Notes under the pieces: generated by a model
The model's input: the letters and a program-made list of their open reading frames with translations, nothing else
Told to the model about the DNA's origin: nothing
The model's database searches: none
Assembly (NCBI RefSeq): GCF_006345805.1
Contig: NC_043000.1
Span: forward strand, 87,792,001 to 87,856,000
Direction of reading: 5' to 3'
Length of the DNA: 64,000 nucleotides
Origin: Octopus sinensis
Taxonomy: Eukaryota
Position numbers and translations under genes: made by a program
Shown: piece by piece, positions 12,960 to 24,406 of the stretch
How the letters are laid out: every line of letters begins with the position of its first letter
Position numbering within the stretch: position 1 is the stretch's first letter

Positions 12960-13410
12960 GAATATGCTTTACCAACAAACTACCAGGTGTATATCATGAC
13001 CCATCAAGCCAAGTGAAGTCATAGCCATTGCTGATGCCAGTGTCACATAACTGGCACCTGTGCTGGTGGCATGCAAAAAGCACTATTCAAACAGTGGGCC
13101 TCATGGAAGCTGTGACAAATGACCAAGACCTTTGGTGATGTACCATGTTTGAGAAGACCTGTAAAGCCAAGTGAGATCATAGTTGTGACTTATGCTGGTG
13201 TTACTTAATTAGCACCCATGCTGGTAGAATGTAAAAAGCACCCACCACACTCTTGGAGCGGTGGGTATTAAGATGGGCATCCAGCTGTAGAAGCCATGCC
13301 AAATCAGACTGGAACTTAGTGTAGCTCCCCAGCTTACCAGTTTTCAGCCAAACCATCCAATCCATGCCAACATGGAAAACGGATGTTAAATGATGATGAT
13401 GATATATATA
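12960..13410 (+). mobile_element. RTE 3' UTR fragment
   Basis: Contains aaaagcacccaccacactc...gggcatccagctgtagaa...ccatgccaacatggaaaacggatgttaaatgatgatgat. Similar tails at 11550-11640, 16050-16225, 44335-44505, 45390-45480, 52735-53030 and 54465-54835. Confidence 0.75.
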
Positions 13411-16400
13411 TAAAATTTACAACTGTATATATGTTATATATTGCTATCTCTCTCTCTCTGTCCTTCTCTCTATATACATACATACTGTATTGTTCCATTA
13501 ATTGGTAAGGGAAACAAAAAATTACTCCATCCGACAAGGGACATCATGTAATATAAGCAGGATTTAAAATTGAGTTACTTTAACCTTCATGCTTACAAAA
13601 GTACTATAAGTAGGTGAGCTTGTATAGCATGCTATGTACTATAGGGCAATCTTTCAGACTCAAAATACAATATGGCTGCTCTATGAGAAAGAATGAGAAA
13701 AGAAAGCAAATGACAAAAGGAGACAATATGCAATTTCCTTTGGGCCCTATATGGATCCTAGTCAGTATGTCTTAACTAAATTTCCAGTGCAGATCACAAA
13801 CCTGTGATGTTTATAGCCAACTTTCAAAAGAGCAAACACACTATGTTACTCTGTTCTGCTGATCTAATTAAAATTTTATCTCCAAGTGCTTTGTCCAAGT
13901 CCATTGGTGCACAAGGTTGGTAGGGGATAGTCAATTGAAAGATAATGAGCATGTTTCTGAAGCATCCCAATCTCTGACCAATCTCAGCATGCCTCAACCA
14001 TGTCATTCTATTTGCTTAATAGCACCAATTAATGAGTATTTCTAGAAATGTTTTCGGAAGCTTGAATGATGTGTGATTATCTGGAGTATAAATAGTCATT
14101 GGTTTGAAGGCATTGCCTTTATTGTTGTTCTCATGCAAGGATACTGACTTACTAGCTGAGTATACAAAGATCATCCTTATCTACAGCTCCAGACCACCCA
14201 CTTCAATATGATCCCATATAATTCAGGAAAAGAATAAGTTTATAGGCCCCTGACATCCTGATTTCACTGACAATTAGATTTAAAGTGAATAACCTGAAAT
14301 CATTCAATAGATGTGTGTCTATTATTTTTGCATAGGACCATTCAATAGATGTGTGTCTACACCATATACATTTATACAACTTTTACAATTCTCATTTAAA
14401 ATCTGGTGTGGTTTTCACTTTGGTATATTTTGCTGTTACATTTAATGAAGTGCATCAAAGTGTTGTAATCCTGAACAATAGTGAACTGAGGAAGTTTTTG
14501 TTATTTCAAATGCTGTTGTAGTTGTAGTTGCTTCTGTATTTGTCATTGCCATTGGACTTGCTGTTGAAAGAAGTTGGTTAACTGATCTTTGGTATCTCAC
14601 CTCTAGCATACCATCAATTCATGTCTTGAGGTTTGAGACAACTGATCTTCATTGTTCTCTTCTTCAAGCCCACTGATTTGGCTAGACACAAGTCCACATA
14701 TGTATGTATCTCTGTATGTGTGCCTGTTCTTTTTAAGAGGAGAGCACATGTACAAAGCTAAAGGGAAATCTGCTGCTGCTGCAGTAATTGGCAGAGTTAT
14801 GGTTGTTTTTCTTGCCACAAATAGTTATTATGATAATGCTACTGTTGCAGTATCATTAATGCTAACTGCAGGGAAGGTCATACACACTTTTCTTTCATGA
14901 CAGAGTTGAAAGCCCTCAAGTTATTTCTGCTCTTTATGGTCCTATACAACCCACTGGCAGAGTAAATATGGCCAATTTTCCAGTTATCTGAACAAAAAGT
15001 TTTTATGACTTTGCTGCATGTAACAAATACACAGTTACATTTAACACTGCTGCAGGTGCTATCAATGTTGATGTTTATGGTGGAGGTGTTGTTCTGGTTC
15101 ATACTTTCCATGTTTATCTCAGGAGCAATGGTGGCTCAGAGTATGCTAACCTTTAGATTAGTATACACTCAGGAGATGTTAACTCTAGATTAAACTCAAC
15201 TGATGCTTGCCTTGAGATTAGGTCCACTATATGCCAGTCTCTAGATTAGGCATTTTGAAATGACAGCAAAAATAATAGAAATATACTACTGACATATCCT
15301 GCAGTATCTGAAAAATCCAGTTGATTTGTTTGTTTGTCTCAGACAATACATATAGACACACACACACACACATATATATATGCAATGATCAGTAATATTT
15401 TCTTCAGATGTTATTCTTATCCCAACAGAATTGATATAAGAAACAACTGATTTAATAAAAGTTTCAGATAAAAGAGAAACAACAGAAGAATCAACTGTCT
15501 CTGTTAGGTGTCGAGACAATTTAATAAGACTGTTGGCTGTTGTGTCCGCTGAAAATACATTTTGCTAACAAACTTAATCAGCAATATTTTCAGTGTCATT
15601 GTAAAGAAAAGAAGCAGGAATATTTTTTTTGGAAAAAGATTTTCAGGATGTGACATCATTACTATCTGACTAGCATCATTAACATCAAACTGCTTCTTTT
15701 CCATAAAGAATGTTTCTTTGCCAACATAGATAGATATAACGAAATAACAAAAAAACAAAAAAAAATAAACAAACAAAAAAACAAAAACAGACTAAACCAA
15801 CTTTATTGATCTTGTTAAAATAGGCCTCAATCTGGCTTTTAACAACATTCATTTGCACATTGAATGTTGAAATAAAAAGAAAAAAGAAAAAGTACATCAA
15901 AAGAATTCAAAACTGCAAATTTAGATAAAATATTTTACTAGTTTATAACTGATGCCTCTAAGCAGTCATTCAAACTGCTAGAGATGGCAACCAAATCTCA
16001 TTCAAATCACATCCTACCATCTTAATAAAATAGAAGGAAACATGGGTCAATATCATCATCATCATTTAATGTCCGTTTTCCATGCTAGCATGGATTGGAC
16101 GGTTTTGACTGAGGGCTGGCAACCAGATGGCTGCACCAGGCTCCAGTCTTGATCTCGCAGAGTTTCTACAGCTGGATGCCCTTCCTAATGCCAACCACTC
16201 CGAGGGTGTAGTAGGTGCTTTTTATAAGAATAAAAGATGGGATGACTGGAATTGGAGTGCCTTTGATTATGGATCTAGCCTATCGGGGTGATCTGTTTTA
16301 AATAATAACCAAATAACTTACAATATTTTAATTTTAAAATACATGACAAGTTAAGTTTACAAGTTTCTTGGTTGACAGTTGAATGGTTGCTACTTCATAT

Positions 16401-16464
16401 CCTATAAGCAGCAACTCTGCTTTGTTCGTGACCATAACTGAAATTCTTAATTCTCATTGGCTTA

Positions 16465-16855
16465 GTCCTCTGTGGTAAGTAGTATGCTCATGAACGACAT
16501 GGTTCTGGGTTCAGTCTCACTGCGTGGCACCTTGGGCAAGTGTCTTCTACCACAGCCTCGGGCCGACCAAAGTCCTGTGAGTGGATTTGGTAGATGGAAA
16601 CTGAAAGAAGCCAGTTGTATATATGTATATATATGTATGTGTGTGTGTGTATATGTTTGTGTGTCTGTGTCTGTTCCCCCAACATCGCTTGAAACATATG
16701 CTGGTGTATTTACGTCCTCGTAACTTAGCAGTTCAGCAAAAGAGACCGATAGAATAAATACTAGGCTTACAAAGAATAAGTCCTGGGGTCGATTTACTTG
16801 ACTAAAGGCAGTGCTCCAGCATGGCCACACTCAAATGACTGAAACAAGTAAAAAA
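16465..16855 (+). mobile_element. SINE family A
   Basis: Full body and tail collinear with the other family A copies. Confidence 0.85.
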
Positions 16856-17959
16856 GTATTAGAAGTTATGATTCAATACTATAAGATGGGGCAATATGTA
16901 AATTAAGGATTTTATATATTAGATTGCAGTAAGGTGTAACATAAAAAAGATGGCTCATTTTATCCAAGTAATTTGTCCTATAGGCACTACATGAGGACAA
17001 AGACTTCAGGGTGCCACCCTCCACACAAAAAAGAAACAGGCATAGGTGTGGTTTTGTTGTTCAGTAGTTTGCTTCCCAAGCACATGGTATTGGATTTAGT
17101 ACCATTGTGTGACACCTTGGGCAATTATTTTCCCCTATAGATGCAAGCCACTTGGAGCCTTGTGAGTGAATTTAGAAACTAAAAGAAGCCTATCATGTGT
17201 CTTTGTATATATACACACACACATATATGTGTGTATATATGTATATATATGTATGTGTATATGTGTGTGTGTGAATGTGTGTGTGTGTATATATATTTGG
17301 TTTTTGCATTTGGTTTGCAAGATTCTTTATGTGAATTTGTGTGTTGAAGCATATCTTAGTGTGTTTGTGGAGAGTCATTCTCTTTCAGTGCTTTATTACT
17401 TAACACACTCACCAGTTCGATTTCCACTCATTTGCTTATTTATTTTTACTAAAATTTTCATTGTGTCTTGCAACCTCTTCAATAGTTGTTGACTTTGTCC
17501 CTTATCAAAGGTGCATTCTTTTTGTTTCTTTGTTTGTGCGCATGTATGTGTGTCAGTGTGCATGTGTATACACATATGTATGTATGCATGTGTGTATATA
17601 CATGTATGTGTGTGTGCATATACGTCTGTGTGTCTGTGTACGCATATAAATGTATGCATGTGTATGTTTGTACGTATGTATTCTGCATATTCATATGTGT
17701 GTATTTGTGTGTGTACCTCTGTCTCCTTGTGTGTGCATGTTTGAGTGTGTCAATGTGTATAGGTTTGTGTGACTATGTATGTGTGTCTGTTATGTATGGA
17801 TGTGTATCTCCATGTGTTCTAGTGTGTGTGTGTGTGTGTGTGCGTGAAGTGTGCATGTGTGTGTGAGAATTGTGCATGTGTGTAAAGGGTACATGTGTGT
17901 ATATGGTCATGTGTTTCAGTCTTCATTTGTGTATGGATGTGTGTATGTGTGTGTGCATA

Positions 17960-18988
17960 ATGGAGAGCAACTAGCATGTAGCAAACTCCATGCATCAAAG
18001 TATCAAGGTAACTATTGATTACCCCAGCAGGCACTCTAACAATAGACTCCATGTCCTTGATACTGAACTTTGGTGAGAGACTGTGAACAGCAGAGTGCAG
18101 CTTCTCCACTCCTATTACATGAAACCCATAACTTCTAAACATGCTGTTCACAAGAACTCAGCTTTGTCACACAACATGAAAATCAACATACTCAAAGCAG
18201 ACATAGTTAGGATAATGAATGTGTCCCCACTATGTGAACCCTATGAAACAAAGAAACATGTACAGATCTTCATGTACCACATGCAATTCTCTGTATATGA
18301 CCAGAAAGATAGAGTTCGGCTACACAGGGGAGCTAGAAAGAAGTTAAATAGCATTATATGTAATAAAACCAGTGGTACCTGCCCTAGATATAGGTGTAAA
18401 GAATGGAATAAGATACAAAGAGTTTGTAAAAAAGCAAATAGAGTGAACACGTGGTACAAGACTAACAAATATCAAGGAATGATGTTTGTAGAGGTCACAG
18501 CCCATGGAGAACTAGCCTGAAGATTTAAGAAATCTCTGAATGAGACCAAACTCAATATTAAGATCACTGAAAAGCCAGGGAGCTCCATCAGATCACAACT
18601 ATGTAGGATGTACCCCTTTGAGAATACCATATGCACCAATGATAATTGCATGGTATGTAAGATTAATCCTGGCATTAACTGTAGAACTAGAAACATCGTC
18701 TACAACATAAGATACATAGAAGGTGCTTGTAAAAACAAGAACATAATGTACATAGGCGAGACATCTAGAAGCATTGTGGAGAGACTAAATGAACATTTGA
18801 AACAATATGATGACAAAAAAAAGTCCTCCATACTTTACCAACATGTCAAAGACCAACATGGAGGCACACTGGGTCAACTTGACATCTATATTTTATCCAA
18901 GCACCTGAAGGACCCAACATTCAGACAAATACAAGAGTATGTCCTCATAAATGAATCCTCCCCAGTACTAAATAGGAAATGTATGTAG
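17960..18988 (+). pseudogene. PLE RT thumb, Cys-rich linker and GIY-YIG endonuclease, with in-frame stops
   Basis: One frame reads KVTIDYPSRHSNNRLHVLDTELW*...YMKPITSK...CTNDNCMVC...CRTRNIVY...MYIGETSRSIVERLNEH...HVKDQH...RQIQEYVLINESSPVLN. Stops at ~17971, 18074 and 18518; no frameshift. Confidence 0.88.
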
Positions 18989-19060
18989 AAAGCAGTTATA
19001 CCCTAATACCCACAGTTTATATATACACAAGTAGAGTTGTTAGTAGGCCGTTATGTAGAC

Positions 19061-19105
<45 letters not shown>

Positions 19106-19303
19106 GGTAAATAGATATGTAACTAAATAGGTAGGTGTATAGGTAAATGGAAAAACACACTCACATATACACACACAAATAAAAACTGAAACACATGACC
19201 ATACACACACACACAAGGACACATGGAGACACACATCCATACACGCAGACACTCAAACATGCACACACAAACACATGAATATGCAGAATACATACATACA
19301 AAC

Positions 19304-19712
19304 GGCGCAGGAGTGGCTGTGTGGTAAGTAGCTTGCTTACCAACCACATGGTTCCGGGTTCAGTCCCACTGCATGGCATGTTGGGCAAGTGTCTTCTACT
19401 ATAGCCTCGGGCCGACCAAAGCCTTGTGAGAGGATTTGGTAGACGGAAACAGAAAGAAGCTCGTCGTATATATGTATATATATATATATATATATGTGTG
19501 TGCATGTTTGTGTGTCTGTGTTTGTCCCCCTAGCATTGCTTGACAACCGATGCTGTTGTGTTTACGTCGCCGTCACTTAGCAGTTCGGCAAAAGAGACCG
19601 ATAGAATAAGTACTGGGCTTACAAAGAATAAGTCCTGGGGTCGATTTGCTCGACTAAAGGCGGTGCTCCAGCATGGCCGCAGTCAAATGACTGAAACAAG
19701 TAAAAGGGTAAA
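19304..19712 (+). mobile_element. SINE family A (young, near-consensus)
   Basis: ggcgcaggagtggctgtgtggtaagtagcttgcttaccaaccacatggttccgggttcagtccc... through the aaagggtaaaagggt tail. Confidence 0.9.
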
Positions 19713-19726
19713 AGGGTATGCACACG

Positions 19727-19767
<41 letters not shown>

Positions 19768-20051
19768 GCATGCACACACATACATACACGCATACATGCA
19801 TACATACATACATACATACATAAATACATACATACACACATAGAAAAATATGTGTATTCACATGTACACTAATGCACACACATGCACAAACAACAGAACA
19901 GAAAGAATGCAGCTCTGATAACAGACAAATCAATGACTATTGAAGAGGTTGCAAGATGCAATGAAAATTTTAGAAAAAATAAATAAATGAATGGAAATTG
20001 AACCAGTGTGTTAAGTTATAAAGCACTAAAAGAGAATGACTCTCCCCAGAC

Positions 20052-20088
<37 letters not shown>

Positions 20089-20090
<2 letters not shown>

Positions 20091-21470
20091 GGTATCTTAC
20101 AGAAGTAGGTACACCCCTAAAAAATTTCAGTAATTGACATTACTATGATAATATCGAAGGAAATCAAATGAAATTTATACTGAATAAAATATATTCTACA
20201 TGCAAATGTTCAACAAATCTGGAACACAAAACAATAAACATTTTCAAAGATATGAACGAAATATTAACTTTCTAATGTTACAAGAATATCTATACCCTAA
20301 AGGAAATTTACTATATTCAATATTTTATCCACTTTTTTTACTAAATTCAGATATTGTTGATAATTTCAATTCTAATAAATTATTTTTCTTAACATTTTAG
20401 CACTGGTCATTGCAGGAATTCTGATTTGTGTACCATGGTGAAAATCCTCTTGATTGCGATTAAAATGGCAACAAAAGGAAAAGAATTGTCAGAAGATTTG
20501 CAGAAAATTATTTTTAATTTGTACAAGAATGGCTTAGGATACAAGTTAATCAGCAAACCAACACATATTAGTGTAAACTCAGTTCTCAAATAATTCAGAA
20601 GCACAAAGCTACTGGGCGGCTAAGCAATAAACATCGTCCAGGTTGTCCTATCTTAACTGCGTGTGATATTCGCTATGTCCAATGTTGCATGATGGATGAC
20701 AGGCATCATACCACTCCATCTTTGGCCCAAGAGGTGTCTTCTCTGAGTGGAAAGAGTGTATCTGCCAAAACAGTTTGCCCAAGTTTGAACCAGTATAGTC
20801 TTCATGGATGCATTCCTCACAGGAAGCCTCTCCTCACAACCAGGCATAAATCAAGTCGTCCTTCTTTTGCTGAAAACTATGTAAGTAAGGGGAAGGAGTT
20901 TTGGAATAAAATTTTTTTTTCTGATGAGAATAAAATCAACTTGTTTGGGTCAGATGGTATTAAACGAGTATGGCGACGACCAGGTGAAGATAATAGTAAC
21001 AAATGTGCTGTGCCTACCATGAAACACAGTGGCAGAAATGTTATGCTTTGGGAATGTATGAGTGCAGCTGGTGTGAGAGGACTCACATATATTGAGAGAA
21101 CAATGGATTCAAGGATTTATTGTAACATATTGCAAAAAACAATGTTGAAAAGCATCAAGGAACTAGGAAGACATTCCATGTTCCAACACACTTAAAAGAT
21201 GATGACTGAATATTGAATATAGATGACGACCAAGTATTGGATATAGCAAATAATCCTTTAGGGTGTACATATTTTTGTATTATTTGAAAAGTAATATATC
21301 GTTCATAGCTTTGAAAATGTTTATTGTTTTGTGTTCCAAATTTGTATAATGTTTGCATGTATAATATATTTTACTCGGTATAAATTTCATTTGATTCCCT
21401 CCAATATTATCAGAGTAGTGGCAGTTTTATTGAAATTTTTTAGGGGTGTGCATACTTCTGTGAGATACTG
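20089..21470 (+). mobile_element. Tc1-like transposon with long (~210 bp) inverted repeats, internally deleted
   Basis: Termini gtatcttacagaagtaggtacacccctaaaaaatttca / tgaaattttttaggggtgtgcatacttctgtgagatactg|TA; inverted similarity continues inward (20190-20300 vs 21250-21360). Confidence 0.9.
20465..21195 (+). pseudogene. Tc1 transposase, frameshifted and C-terminally truncated
   Basis: MATKGKELSEDLQKIIFNLYKNGLGYKLISK (paired-like N-terminus); RKPLLT, FSDENKINLFGSDG, TMKHSGRNVMLW; stops at MFQHT, before the second catalytic D and the E. Confidence 0.9.
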
Positions 21471-22229
21471 TATACACATACACACACACACACACACATA
21501 TATGCATGCGGTATCGACTTGTCTTCACTATGTTTGATAGTTATAAACGAGTGTCACTGTTAGGCAAGCTGTGTCCATCATTTCTAATCTACTGTGAAAG
21601 CCTGTCTGGTCATTGGGAAATATTACTTTTCCTTGAAACAGGTGGGGGTTGTTGACAGGAAGAGCATCCAGTTTAAAAAAAAATCTACCTCAAACATTAT
21701 ATCTGACCCACACAAGTATAGAAAAATAGATGTTAAAATGATGATGGTGACTTACTATATTTCCTTTATTCAACTCCCAATCCTCTCACAAGGCTTTGGT
21801 CTTCTACAATAAAAGACACTTGCCTGAGGAACCCTTCAATGGGGATGAATCAGTGACCATGTGATTGGAAAAGAAACGTCTTACCAAACAGCTACTTTTG
21901 GAGAGCTGAAGTTTATTTTCATATACAGAATGGAATATTTTATTGGTAAGATATGAGAAAAAAACAAACAAACAAACACACAACAACAAAACTCCTCAAA
22001 AGCAAAAAAGAAACAAAAGGGATGAATCTGATGAGATTTGAACACAGAAATGATGTGGGAGGAAATAAATACTAAAATGCAATGAATAAAAAATTTCTGA
22101 CTACATCCGCTATGATCACTGCTGCTATTTTGTGATCCCCCACACAAAATTTGATATATATCCAGGAGGCATTCTCTCATGTATTTTCTCATGTATCAAC
22201 TCACATTACAGTCTATATTTCTTGAAGAC

Positions 22230-22368
22230 TATCAATATGTGTATGTATGTGCATGTATATATATATAAGATATATGTGTATATATATATATATAATATAT
22301 ATATATGTATATATATATTATATATATTATATATATATATGTATGTATATATATATATATATATAAGA

Positions 22369-22404
<36 letters not shown>

Positions 22405-22407
22405 AGA

Positions 22408-22447
<40 letters not shown>

Positions 22448-22475
22448 ATATATATATATATATATATATATGAGA

Positions 22476-22510
<35 letters not shown>
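22230..22510. repeat. Long interrupted (TA)n array
   Basis: About 280 bp of (TA)n with recurring aagatatatgtg interruptions; other long (TA)n arrays at 5465-5534, 5757-5846, 22712-22822, 23750-24000 and 25535-25682. Confidence 0.95.
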
Positions 22511-22514
22511 TAAT

Positions 22515-22708
22515 ATATAGGGAGAATTCACAAAAAAAAACAAAAGACGAAGACAGGTGGTGTAGATGACAAACAGATTTATTAGTATAATGCTCGGGAA
22601 GTGTAAATGTCTTTAACGTTTCGAGCCTACACTCTTCCACAGAAAGGAACACAGAAAGAAACAAGGAGAGAAAATAAAAAATGTGCAGAAGCTAGCAATC
22701 TATCATGG

Positions 22709-22710
<2 letters not shown>
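22515..22710 (-). mobile_element. Short PLE-terminus-like repeat with a hammerhead-like fold; second copy at ~33990-34260
   Basis: Both copies share gacgaagacagg...attagt...gtctttaacgtttcgagcctacactctt...cagaaagg. Confidence 0.55.
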
Positions 22711-22766
<56 letters not shown>

Positions 22767-22777
22767 GTATATGTATA

Positions 22778-22823
<46 letters not shown>

Positions 22824-22825
<2 letters not shown>

Positions 22826-23113
22826 AAAGTAAGCAACAAGGATATCCAGAAGTAATGCAGTACGATCATTTCAAGCAACTCCATTTAATTGAACAATGTA
22901 ACCATTACATCAATTTAAATGCAGAGCAATCCTCAGCTGCACAAAGACATAGAATTTAATTAAATTAAAACAGATGGACACATTAGTATAATTTTACCTA
23001 AAATCTCAAAGACGTTAAGGAGACATAGAACATACTGCATTCACTTCCACTTAGAAGCTACTAAGGTATCAGGAAGAAAGACTTGTTACAGATATCCTTG
23101 TTGTTTATTTTGA
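22824..23113. mobile_element. MITE with 23-bp TIRs
   Basis: tcaaagtaagcaacaaggatatc ... gatatccttgttgtttattttga. Confidence 0.7.
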
Positions 23114-23244
23114 TTTTAGTCACCTTATTTTGAAATTGTATGGATAATACTGTACTAAATTCTGGTGCCTCAACTCAAGTACCATATTCATCTGAATCTA
23201 ATTTTTTTGCATATATATATATATATATATATATATACAAAGTA

Positions 23245-23298
<54 letters not shown>

Positions 23299-23406
23299 AT
23301 ATATAAACTCCGAGGAATATAATGATAATTTACTGATTGTCCTAACCCTCTATTTAGCTAATGTTGAGATCTCTTTTGTTGTCAATTTTATTATTATTAT
23401 AATTAT

Positions 23407-23674
23407 TATTCTGTTGTGTTAGGAGACAGTCATTCTCTTTTGGTGCCTTATAATTTAACTCACACACCGGTAAAATTTCCAGTTGTTTCTTTTTTATTTT
23501 TCTAAAATTTTCATTGTGTGTTGCAACTTTTTCAATAGTTGACTATTGAAAAAGTTGCAAGACACAATGAAAATTTTAGAAAAATAAAAAAGAAATAAAT
23601 GGTAATTTTACTGGTGAGTGTGTTAAATTATAAGGCACCAAACAAGAATGACTCTCCCCAGACACAACAGAATA
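23407..23674. repeat. Foldback palindrome of the PLE terminal repeat
   Basis: Arms of ~130 bp around a 2-nt loop at 23540-23541; the arms match 17370-17490 and 19935-20055. Confidence 0.9.
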
Positions 23675-23747
23675 CGCTTCAACACATGAACTCACATAAA
23701 GAATCTTGCAAACCAAATTCTAAAACGAAATAATAATTATATGTCTA

Positions 23748-23811
<64 letters not shown>

Positions 23812-23934
23812 TCTATATCTATCTATATAAATATACATCCACATATATATATATAGAGATAGATAGTTATATAGATATACATATATGCTTATAGATAGAT
23901 AGACAGTTATATAAATATACATATATGCTTATAG

Positions 23935-23991
<57 letters not shown>

Positions 23992-24047
23992 CAATAGATG
24001 TATATCTATATAAATGTATATTAATAGTTATCGCCAAGCTAACAGAG

Positions 24048-24359
24048 TAGTCCAGATAAATAGGATGAATGCTGCCGTTCATTAGCTCCAAGAGGCCATC
24101 ACCTCGAGCTAGTTATATGACACACATTATAACCTTTGAACAGTGGAGGTCAGCAGCTTCCTCTGGCTGGTCTGGTATCCACAGACTAGTTTCGAGGTGT
24201 TTGCCTCTTATCAATGTGGAGTAGCTGAATCAAGCAGGCACCATTGCTGACTAAATTCAGTGGAATACATCCACTGGTTTTAAAAAATAGAAATATCATT
24301 ATTTCTATTTCTCTCTTGGGGTTAATCAACGGCAGCATTCATCCTATTTATCTGGACTG
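24048..24359 (-). mobile_element. Small inverted-terminus element (32-bp IRs) carrying a hammerhead motif
   Basis: tagtccagataaataggatgaatgctgccgtt ... aacggcagcattcatcctatttatctggactg; no clear TSD. Confidence 0.8.
24178..24220 (-). ncRNA. Minimal type I hammerhead ribozyme motif, mutated core
   Basis: tccaca-TTGATAA-GAGG caaaca CCTC-GAAA-ctag-TC-tgtgga: stems I and II pair perfectly, the stem III position is palindromic, and the core has 2 transitions from CTGATGA. Confidence 0.7.
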
Positions 24360-24406
24360 CCCTAACCAATGGGCCATTGCATCTCCACATATATATAACT
24401 ATATAT

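Larger units (their letters stand above)
17296..20055 (+). mobile_element. 5'-truncated Penelope-like element (C-terminal GIY-YIG) with an inverted copy of its 3' region upstream
   Basis: Coding remnant at 17960-18988. 17296-17958 is a diverged reverse complement of 19150-20055, which is itself interrupted by a SINE A. Confidence 0.75.

Noticed and set aside
18518-18520. In-frame TGA in the PLE ORF read as selenocysteine (as in some Naiad PLEs)
   Set aside because: This element has a C-terminal rather than N-terminal endonuclease and also carries a TAG stop. The TGA lies in a GELA*RFK context where R/K, not Cys, is expected, so mutational decay is simpler. No SECIS was identified.
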